Below are positions 1 to 5,840 of a stretch of DNA of 5,840 bases, one piece after another. A model generated the notes under the pieces. The model made no database searches, was not told the origin of the DNA, and saw only the letters and a program-made list of their open reading frames with translations. This DNA is from a virus. Location: the UHGV virus genome UHGV-0296476; one strand, 5' to 3'. Position 1 is the stretch's first letter. Each line of letters begins with the position of its first letter. The position numbers and the translations under genes are program-made.

Positions 1-115
1 GGGCAGAGCTCTACTACTTCGTAGTCGTCATAATACATGTCCGAGGAGCGGACGAGTAACAACGCGCGGACCATTCTTGCGCTTCGACGACTTACGACGA
101 CGATAGGTCGAATCA

Positions 116-475
116 TCAGCCTTCATTTTCCTTTTTATTAAAAGTTAACACCAGCATTCCCGGATACAGTTGGACCGTAACACAGGAGTCAGAAAAATAA
201 CGCACAAACTCATTAAAATGCTCCTGCGAAAGATACCCAAAGCGACCAAATTCCTTTTCAGCGTCACTAAGACTTTCCACAAAGGCTACTACAAACGTAG
301 CAGGGACGGCGAGGCTTTCCAAGAAATCCCAGAAACTCAATTCAGATTCCTCATCAAAACTGCCGGCAGGAAGAAGATGGCCATAATGGAAACGATAATA
401 ACCACGGCACTCCGCAGAGGGGCGAAAGATAACCTGAGCGACTGCGCCCAAACTTGTTTTTTCTTCTGTCTTCAT
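116..475 (-). CDS. hypothetical protein, 119 aa, unknown function
   Basis: ATG at 473-475 and TGA at 116-118. It lies on the same strand as all other genes, after a terminator-like hairpin downstream of VP2. There are no recognisable motifs. The overlapping plus-strand 116-aa ORF is K/R-rich antisense noise. Confidence 0.4.
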   Translation of the reverse strand: MKTEEKTSLGAVAQVIFRPSAECRGYYRFHYGHLLPAGSFDEESELSFWDFLESLAVPATFVVAFVESLSDAEKEFGRFGYLSQEHFNEFVRYFSDSCVTVQLYPGMLVLTFNKKENEG

Positions 476-539
476 AACTATACGTTTTTAAAAGGTTTTC
501 AGCACAAAGGAAACATATAGGCTCATTCAACGCAAGTAC

Positions 540-571
540 AAAACCGCGCAAATATTGTTCATTATTCGCGC
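540..571 (-). terminator. terminator-like hairpin overlapping the VP2 stop codon
   Basis: On the coding strand the sequence reads GCGCGAATA-ATGAACAA-TATTTGCGC, a 9-bp stem that includes one G.U pair (the same position is an A/C mismatch on the plus strand). It is followed by GG then TTTTG. The T-run is short, so this is a weak intrinsic terminator or attenuator. Confidence 0.25.
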
Positions 572-1794
572 AGATAGCGACGACGAACATGCGTACCACC
601 GACATAATCACCACGACGGTCGTATGACTCCTGATACGTATCATAATCACGAGGCTCAACAGGAGACGCCGAAGTGAGCCCCTTTGTAGCAACAGCACCA
701 GCAACACCAGCACCAACACCAACAAGCGTACGAAGGATGCCATAGCCAAGTGCATTCTTTTCACTACGAAGACGCCAACGATTAAGGCCACGCGACAGAT
801 CAGCCTCAGAGAGATCAAGGCTAAGGAGTGCAGCAAAAATATCCTTACCAGTAAGTTCCTGAACGCCAATCTGTTTACCTTTATCATCGTAGCGGGGAAC
901 CTTAACCTTTGTTTCCCAGTTAACGCTAAACCAATTCTGCATATCTTTAAGACGGAGCGACGCAACATCGCTCTCGATACCAATATTCTCCGCACGAGCG
1001 GCCGTCTCAAAGACGCGCATCCAAGTCAAGGCAATACCAGCCTCATACTCACGATTCAAATACTTAACATTATACTCACGAAGGCCAAAATATTCCTCCT
1101 TCAACCGTGCAACACGAGCCATATACTCATCCAGGCGATACGACTCCGTAGACTTCATAAAGTCACGATTCAACTCCACAATATCAGCCTGTGCAGCATT
1201 CAAACGTGCAAGATCCTTAGCAGACGAGGCATTCGACTCAGCAAGCGACAAATTAAAGGCATCCATAGAAGCACGCCAATCGCGAGAATGAGACTCACCA
1301 GCCAAACGTTCAGCCTCAGCATTATCACGATTCGCAGCAGCACGATTACGCTCAACACCAGAGCGAGCCAGCATCATCTCACCAGAGGCAGAACTAGCTG
1401 CCGTGATACCGGAACCAAGAGCACCTAAGGAATTTTGAACATCCATACCAGCAGCACCTACACCTTGACCAGAAGAACCGGGGCCAGAAGCAGAATTACC
1501 AGAGACAGCGACACCAGACTGTCCAAGAACACCGGCAGGTGTAACACCAGCAGAACGCCAACGGGCAAGCAACGCCGAGGGATCATTATACGCATTCAGA
1601 TAATCTGTTTGCTGCTTCCAATAGTCATATTGCTTTTGCATCTGAGTAAGGGCATACTCCTGTTGCAAGGCCATTTCCTTCTGGCGATATCTCCACTGCT
1701 TCCTAGTACGTACAGCAGAACCAAGCGCAGAAACACCTCCTCCTGCTATCGACGTTCCGGCACCAATGAGGGCACCTGTAACAATAGGATCCAT
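562..1794 (-). CDS. minor capsid / DNA pilot protein VP2 (gpH-like)
   Basis: 410-aa ORF with ATG at 1792-1794. Gly-rich N-terminus IVTGALIGAGTSIAGGGVSALGS, a Q/Y-rich coiled-coil-like stretch, then NDPSALLARWRSAGVTPAGVLGQ and a Gly/Ser low-complexity tract. This architecture is typical of Microviridae VP2/H proteins, and the gene sits in the structural module. Confidence 0.65.
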   Translation of the reverse strand: MDPIVTGALIGAGTSIAGGGVSALGSAVRTRKQWRYRQKEMALQQEYALTQMQKQYDYWKQQTDYLNAYNDPSALLARWRSAGVTPAGVLGQSGVAVSGNSASGPGSSGQGVGAAGMDVQNSLGALGSGITAASSASGEMMLARSGVERNRAAANRDNAEAERLAGESHSRDWRASMDAFNLSLAESNASSAKDLARLNAAQADIVELNRDFMKSTESYRLDEYMARVARLKEEYFGLREYNVKYLNREYEAGIALTWMRVFETAARAENIGIESDVASLRLKDMQNWFSVNWETKVKVPRYDDKGKQIGVQELTGKDIFAALLSLDLSEADLSRGLNRWRLRSEKNALGYGILRTLVGVGAGVAGAVATKGLTSASPVEPRDYDTYQESYDRRGDYVGGTHVRRRYLRE

Positions 1795-1796
1795 AA

Positions 1797-2105
1797 CTAC
1801 GGGGTAGTAAAGGAACGAGAACGAATAATATAATCCACACGGACAGTGTCAATGTGAACACCTTCGCGCTGCACCTTAGCCTGGGCAGAACAGCCAACAG
1901 TAAAGAACGCGGCAAGGGCTGCAACAATCGCCGCAATCAACGTCCAAAACTTTTTTGACGTGATCAAATCTACAAATCTAGACATAAAGAGAACGATAGA
2001 GAAAAGCGCGGACACTACCGCAGTAGTTGCATCACATATAGCTATGGACAAAGGTTTTACGCAGTTCACTGCATCTCTCTGCGACAATGCCCGCGCACAT
2101 AACAT
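1797..2105 (-). CDS. small membrane / signal-peptide protein (candidate lysis or exclusion protein); alternative internal start at 1985
   Basis: ATG at 2103-2105, 18 nt after the acidic-protein stop, gives 102 aa with two hydrophobic segments (TTAVVSALFSIVLF and FWTLIAAIVAALAAFFTVG) and a charged C-terminal tail. The internal ATG at 1983-1985 gives 62 aa, MSRFVDLITSKKFWTLIAAIVAALAAFFTVGC|SAQAKVQREGVHIDTVRVDYIIRSRSFTTP, which has a basic n-region, an h-region and a lipobox-like TVGC (or an SPase I site CSA|Q). Stop TAG at 1797-1799 is followed by TT and then the VP2 ATG (TAGTTATG), indicating translational coupling in the same gene flow. Confidence 0.5.
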   Translation of the reverse strand: MLCARALSQRDAVNCVKPLSIAICDATTAVVSALFSIVLFMSRFVDLITSKKFWTLIAAIVAALAAFFTVGCSAQAKVQREGVHIDTVRVDYIIRSRSFTTP

Positions 2106-2125
2106 ATATTGTCGAGTAAAGGGGG

Positions 2126-2434
2126 CTATTTTTTCTCTTCACTATTCGAATCAGCAGCCTCAGAAGCCTTAGCAGGACGAGACGACAATTCACTCTCAAT
2201 CAACTCCTGACCAACTTCAACGCCATCGAATTTATCCATACGAGCAAAAGAATTCGGATCAAAATCGATATCGGGATCAAACTTCTCACCTTTGGCCCAT
2301 TCATTCTGTCCAGCCTGAACATCAGGACGACCAGGCAATATGTCCACATTGCCTGAACCGTCCAGGATCGAACGAATACGCTGACCTCGGGAAACATATT
2401 CAGGAAGATCTTCAACTAAATACTCAATCATCAC
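2126..2434 (-). CDS. small strongly acidic protein, possible internal scaffolding protein (VP3 / gpB-like)
   Basis: 102-aa ORF on the coding strand, 57 nt downstream of the VP1 stop. It is rich in D/E (DPDIDFDPNSF, ESELSS, SEEKK). First codon is GTG at 2432-2434 followed by ATG at 2429-2431. Its size, charge and position beside the capsid gene fit a scaffold role, but I see no sequence-level identity. Confidence 0.5.
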   Translation of the reverse strand: MMIEYLVEDLPEYVSRGQRIRSILDGSGNVDILPGRPDVQAGQNEWAKGEKFDPDIDFDPNSFARMDKFDGVEVGQELIESELSSRPAKASEAADSNSEEKK

Positions 2435-2491
2435 TCAACAAATTATAAATTATCCAACAAACAATAAAACCTAACACAGTCCACTCCATGA

Positions 2492-4339
2492 CTAACGATT
2501 CGCAAGACGGGTCGCAAACGTCTTATTAACAAGATTCTTCTTTCTCACACTGTACGACAAGTTCACAAAGAAATTATCCTCAGTAGTCGAAGAAAAAGGA
2601 CTATTCACCGTAGACATATCGACAAACAAAAGAGAGTAAACTTTCAAAGCCGTCGAGGTACCAAAAACAGAAACCGATCGTTGTTGAACCCAATACGAAT
2701 ACAAGGGAATCTCCTCAGAAGCAGACACATCACCAGCAGGCACACCATACGCAAACTGACCCTGCACACGATCATAAGAGGCACGGAACTCATTAAAGCA
2801 AGGCTCCTGAGCAACAGAAGTAAACGCAGCATAGGGAAAATCATAAGCAAGCTGAACCAAAGAAACATCCTGATAACCGATATCATTATACACGGGGTTG
2901 AAATAATCAGCGCCCTGATAACGAGCCCAATCCGGCAAAATACCAGTCCAATAATACACAGGACGGATACTAAACATATCAATCATATAGCCAGGCTCAC
3001 GGAAATAATACGATTGAGAGCGCCCAAGCTTCGAGTTAAATGCAATGGCACCACCTTGCGAACCAAGAACACCAGTAGAACCAAAATTACTCGAACCAGC
3101 TTGATTAAGGACAACCTGGACATTAACCGTCTGAGAAGCCGAAAAAAGCAACTTCGGACGATCGACATGCTCAATCTTCGAGGCAAAGAACGTTTCAAGC
3201 CAATCACTAAAACGAGAGCCACCAGCACCAAGAAGGTCCTTATACTCCTGCAAACGTGCAGCAACAGCCAACTGCGGGATCGTAGTAACACCATGCATCG
3301 ACACAGAACTATTCGAGGTTCCAGGAGGCAAGAGCCGGCTGAACCGGTCAGGAGACGACGGAACAACAGCCATAGGATGAGCTATACTCAAATACGAATA
3401 TCCAGTACCATTCGTAACTACCGAAGCAGAGGTCGAGCTAAACTGGGTAGAGGGGTAACTAAAATAACCAGTAGTAGCAAACGGACTCAAAGAAGCAACA
3501 GGATAACCATCAGACATAGACGACGATACCGTAACATTCAAATCCGAATTCACAATCTGCAAGAACAAATTACCACGATTGAACGTACCGTCGGGGCTTG
3601 TCACAGCATTAGGATAAAACTGCGATTCATAATAAGCATCAAGATACTCCAAATTACCATAACGTTGAGTAAAATAAGCAGTCTCAGATTTAGCAACAGA
3701 ATATTCAGAATGATCAGAAACCAAAGTATGCGCAAGATACCAAGAAGCAGGCCAAGCAAACGAATACGTCTTCCACTGAGAAAACGAATAATAATTACGA
3801 ACTATATCCCAATATGCAAGATACGGATCAGCATTCACCCAAATGTTTTCAAGACCAGAAACGCTAGAAACACCAGACAGAGAAACCGAAGAATATTTTT
3901 GCGGAGTCATCACAGAACCACTATAAGCAATATCACGCGAGACTCCATACAACCACGACATCAAAGAATTAGGATAAGCTGTCTGACCAACACCGGCTTC
4001 ATAAAAACCAATTCCAGGAGTAGAGTTAAACAAAAAATTCAACGAAAGATCGTTCATATCAAACGCACTGGAATTAGTACGCATCTCAGGATGATACAAC
4101 TGCAAAGGCACCCAGAAACGATGCAGACGCACCGTATACGGGTTGAACGAAGGTACAGCGAGAGGATTCGAACGGACATCAATGCCCTGATCAATTGTCA
4201 CACGGTCACGAGCATTGATAAAGTCCACACGCACAGGATACAAAATACCGGGAGTGCAGGTAAAAGCCACACTCTCCGGCAAGTCATATCGCGAATAACC
4301 ATTCACGACATGCGAGATATAAGGCTGCTTAGCCATCAC
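2492..4339 (-). CDS. major capsid protein VP1 (Microviridae F-like jelly-roll capsid)
   Basis: 615-aa ORF, the largest in the window. The N-terminal block ...FTCTPGILYPVRVDFINARDRVTIDQ...NPYTVRLHRFWVPLQLYHPEM has the pattern I recall from gokushovirus/phiX174 F proteins (PGD..., R.H.FFVP.R..W). The first codon at 4337-4339 is GTG (shown as M in the track) and the next is ATG at 4334-4336, so the true start may be 4336. Stop is TAG at 2492-2494. Ser-rich surface-loop-like segments fall at aa 149-163 and ~296-318. Confidence 0.85.
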   Translation of the reverse strand: MMAKQPYISHVVNGYSRYDLPESVAFTCTPGILYPVRVDFINARDRVTIDQGIDVRSNPLAVPSFNPYTVRLHRFWVPLQLYHPEMRTNSSAFDMNDLSLNFLFNSTPGIGFYEAGVGQTAYPNSLMSWLYGVSRDIAYSGSVMTPQKYSSVSLSGVSSVSGLENIWVNADPYLAYWDIVRNYYSFSQWKTYSFAWPASWYLAHTLVSDHSEYSVAKSETAYFTQRYGNLEYLDAYYESQFYPNAVTSPDGTFNRGNLFLQIVNSDLNVTVSSSMSDGYPVASLSPFATTGYFSYPSTQFSSTSASVVTNGTGYSYLSIAHPMAVVPSSPDRFSRLLPPGTSNSSVSMHGVTTIPQLAVAARLQEYKDLLGAGGSRFSDWLETFFASKIEHVDRPKLLFSASQTVNVQVVLNQAGSSNFGSTGVLGSQGGAIAFNSKLGRSQSYYFREPGYMIDMFSIRPVYYWTGILPDWARYQGADYFNPVYNDIGYQDVSLVQLAYDFPYAAFTSVAQEPCFNEFRASYDRVQGQFAYGVPAGDVSASEEIPLYSYWVQQRSVSVFGTSTALKVYSLLFVDMSTVNSPFSSTTEDNFFVNLSYSVRKKNLVNKTFATRLANR

Positions 4340-5456
4340 AACTATATTTAAGGGTTAAACATGAGAACAAATCATCGTACTCCTTCTCAAAATACAAATC
4401 TGCCATATAATCTCCAAGATCGTTATCTGAGCCGACTATTCTACGCCGAATAGACGAAAAAACTCGGCTTGCAACGTCCGGACTCAGAAGACAACTAGGA
4501 AGATCACCAGTGCAATGAGAAGGAGCGGGGGTACGCAAATAAGGAACCAACCGAGGGGAGAGATACGAATATCGACGCCAACGGGCCAAGGTTGAAGCAC
4601 CAAATTGTAACTCAGCAAGTTTATCAACGATGCGACAAGCCAGGGAAGAAACGCAAACATGTGAATAATACCAAGAAGAACGAAGCTCCCGGGCTTGCTT
4701 ATCTTCTTCGGCCATATACTTATCATAGTATCGAGGAATGCGATAGTTAAACCGAGTACCGCGCGCAAAATCCAGATAAGACCAGGTCGAAACACGAAGT
4801 GAAGGGCGAGGCATGCGACCAAGATAATCGCCAACATGAGCAGAAACGAACTTACGTCGGTAAATCCGGGGGTTATACCAGTCACGCTGCTGCAAGTACT
4901 CGGGGACCATAGCGCCGACATCTTTAAGAATATACTTGACGCAATACCGGGCTCGGTTATGGGTAGCTTTACTAATCCAGACATATCCGAGGTCACCAAT
5001 GACACGTCGAAGCTCCGCATAGGAACAGGGGAGACCGAACAAGAACCCATGAAAATGGAGGCGGGGCACATCTCCTGTAACGGGATGAGTACCGAACTCC
5101 TGAAAGAAGGCATGCTTGATGCTTTTACCGAAAGCACGCCGAACACGCTCATTCCAAGCGCGAATAAAAGCCGAAGGGAATTGAACTGCAACCGCATAAA
5201 GCTTTGGAGAAATAGTTATTGTCACAAATACTGCCTGACGACGCTCATCTCGACAACGTGCAAGCTCACGTTCAAGACGGACGTACCACGCATTACGCTC
5301 GGCACGAAGACACTCTTCACACTTGCCGCAAGGAACAAGCAAGCGTTGACGGGCAAGGTCGCCAGGATGCTCAGCGAGCTGAACCGCGATCTCCTCAAAG
5401 GTGATGTCTCGTTTATAATAACGACGGTTGCGAATCCAAAGGGGCGACGTACACAT
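4329..5456 (-). CDS. Microviridae replication initiation protein, rolling-circle HUH endonuclease (VP4 / gpA-like)
   Basis: 375-aa ORF with an ATG start; the CATATG at 5454-5459 contains it. Motif 1 is FVTITI at aa 77-82. Motif 2 (HUH) is LHFHGFLF at aa 133-140, with codons checked at 5049-5057. Motif 3 is YCVKYILKD at aa 171-179 (two catalytic Tyr, YxxKY), with codons checked at 4932-4946. An N-terminal CGKCEEC cysteine cluster sits at aa 43-49 (nt 5310-5330). The stop codon TAA at 4329-4331 overlaps the capsid gene start by 8-11 nt. Confidence 0.85.
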   Translation of the reverse strand: MCTSPLWIRNRRYYKRDITFEEIAVQLAEHPGDLARQRLLVPCGKCEECLRAERNAWYVRLERELARCRDERRQAVFVTITISPKLYAVAVQFPSAFIRAWNERVRRAFGKSIKHAFFQEFGTHPVTGDVPRLHFHGFLFGLPCSYAELRRVIGDLGYVWISKATHNRARYCVKYILKDVGAMVPEYLQQRDWYNPRIYRRKFVSAHVGDYLGRMPRPSLRVSTWSYLDFARGTRFNYRIPRYYDKYMAEEDKQARELRSSWYYSHVCVSSLACRIVDKLAELQFGASTLARWRRYSYLSPRLVPYLRTPAPSHCTGDLPSCLLSPDVASRVFSSIRRRIVGSDNDLGDYMADLYFEKEYDDLFSCLTLKYSCDG

Positions 5457-5550
5457 ATGAAAGTATTAAAAGTAAAAGGTAAGTAAGAATAAAAGTGTAC
5501 GGCCGTAGATGGATTCACAACCGTCGCTACCACAAACGAGCCATCGAATA

Positions 5551-5655
5551 TATGCATCTCGCGGTAAGCGCTCGATGCGTTCAAAAGAGCTCGTACAACT
5601 CGCGGGAGATCTAATCCGACTCGCACTTCGGCGGTAAGCGCCGAGTGCTTGTCGG
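5551..5655. repeat. two hairpins presenting the same GTAAG loop, plus an 11-nt direct repeat GCGGTAAGCGC (5561-5571 and 5631-5641)
   Basis: Hairpin A: GCATC (5554-5558) pairs with GATGC (5574-5578), enclosing an inner GCG-GTAAG-CGC. Hairpin B: CCGAC (5616-5620) pairs with GTCGG (5651-5655), GCACT (5623-5627) with AGTGC (5644-5648), and CGGCG (5629-5633) with CGCCG (5639-5643), with loop GTAAG (5634-5638); that is 15 bp in total with a 1-nt bulge and a 2x2 internal loop. ACTCGC also repeats at 5598-5603 and 5619-5624. Confidence 0.6.
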
Positions 5656-5735
5656 ATATTTATTTCTTCCTTGCTCTGCCTCTGAGCAGTTACACAGCTC
5701 TTTGTCGTCTTATGCAAAGGTCGATAGAGCGCATC

Positions 5736-5782
5736 CACATACAAGGATATACAAGCGCTCCTTCGGAGCGTCCTTGTATGTG
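5736..5782. other. 47-nt compound stem-loop in the rep leader (candidate origin or regulatory hairpin)
   Basis: A perfect 12-bp outer stem pairs 5736-5747 (CACATACAAGGA) with 5771-5782 (TCCTTGTATGTG). An inner 6-bp stem pairs 5756-5761 with 5765-5770 around a TTC tri-loop. The 8-nt bulge TATACAAG duplicates the ATACAAG of the outer stem, so an alternative register exists. Confidence 0.55.
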
Positions 5783-5840
5783 TCTGCTTGCTCTATCTGT
5801 TTTTGCATTGCGACGCCGACGAGCAGTTTAACTGCCACGA

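Noticed and set aside
22-45. dif / XerCD-like site (GTCGTCATAATACATGT resembles the XerC arm ..GCATAAT of dif)
   Set aside because: Only about 7 of 11 positions match the XerC arm, and there is no recognisable central region or XerD arm. The evidence for an integration site is insufficient.
170-520. 116-aa plus-strand ORF overlapping ORF119
   Set aside because: It is the only sizeable plus-strand candidate in a genome whose genes are otherwise all on the minus strand. It is K/R-rich, and the minus-strand ORF119 fits the gene flow.
1703-1936. 77-aa Cys/Arg-rich minus ORF overlapping the membrane-protein gene and the VP2 start
   Set aside because: It is out of frame with two better-supported genes and has no start context. 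It is probably spurious.
2681-4351. 556-aa plus-strand ORF antisense to VP1
   Set aside because: It is extremely K/R/T/I/N-rich and low-complexity. It arises because the A/C-rich plus strand lacks stop codons, and it shows no protein-like features. The VP1 reading on the opposite strand has clear capsid motifs.
4484-5197. 237-aa hydrophobic ORF embedded in rep in the +1 frame, reminiscent of phiX174 E inside D
   Set aside because: The same Leu/Phe/Val-rich pattern appears in every off-frame minus ORF: 218 aa at 354..1010 over the VP2 3' end, and 112 aa at 2644..2982 and 127 aa at 2983..3366 inside VP1. That points to a compositional artefact of T-rich codon positions rather than a real overlapping membrane gene. 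Only conservation analysis could revive it.
5222-5626. 134-aa minus ORF overlapping the rep N-terminus and extending into the leader
   Set aside because: It is out of frame with rep, hydrophobic and low-complexity like the other artefactual frames, and it runs through the hairpin region.
5466-5744. 92-aa basic ORF ending 10 nt before rep (possible J/VP5-like DNA-binding protein)
   Set aside because: Its only start is a TTG (5742-5744) located inside the 12-bp stem of the large hairpin. It contains no ATG, and the region is densely structured with repeats, so it is more consistent with non-coding origin or leader DNA.
5649-5831. 60-aa plus-strand ORF in the leader
   Set aside because: It is on the wrong strand for this genome, spans the hairpins, and has no supporting signal.
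1-5840. tRNA, rRNA, CRISPR repeats, integrase/transposase, toxin-antitoxin or defence genes
   Set aside because: I scanned for them and found none. There is no cloverleaf-like structure, no regularly spaced repeats, and no ORF with recombinase or nuclease motifs other than Rep.

Overview
This window looks like a nearly complete genome (or integrated copy) of a Microviridae-type small ssDNA phage, with every credible gene on the minus strand. Reading the coding strand from high to low coordinates, the genes are: (1) a rolling-circle replication initiator of the phiX174 gpA / gokushovirus VP4 kind (4329..5456); (2) a 615-aa F-like major capsid protein VP1 (2492..4339); (3) a 102-aa strongly acidic protein, possibly a scaffold (2126..2434); (4) a small membrane or signal-peptide protein tightly coupled to the next gene (1797..2105, or 1797..1985 from an internal start); (5) a 410-aa glycine-rich minor capsid / DNA-pilot protein VP2 (562..1794); (6) a 119-aa protein of unknown function (116..475). 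The right end (5457..5840) is a non-coding leader upstream of rep that carries several compound hairpins and short repeats; it is a candidate origin or regulatory region. No gene has a Shine-Dalgarno sequence, the leaders are A/T-rich, and the coding strand is T/G-rich, which are typical ssDNA-phage features. The ORF track shows GTG and TTG starts as M, so three start coordinates are ambiguous. The most novel-looking element is the small membrane protein inside the structural module, which could be a single-gene-lysis / holin-like protein or a superinfection-exclusion lipoprotein. The structured rep leader, with two hairpins presenting the same GTAAG loop, is also notable. I found no tRNA, rRNA, CRISPR array, transposase or integrase.
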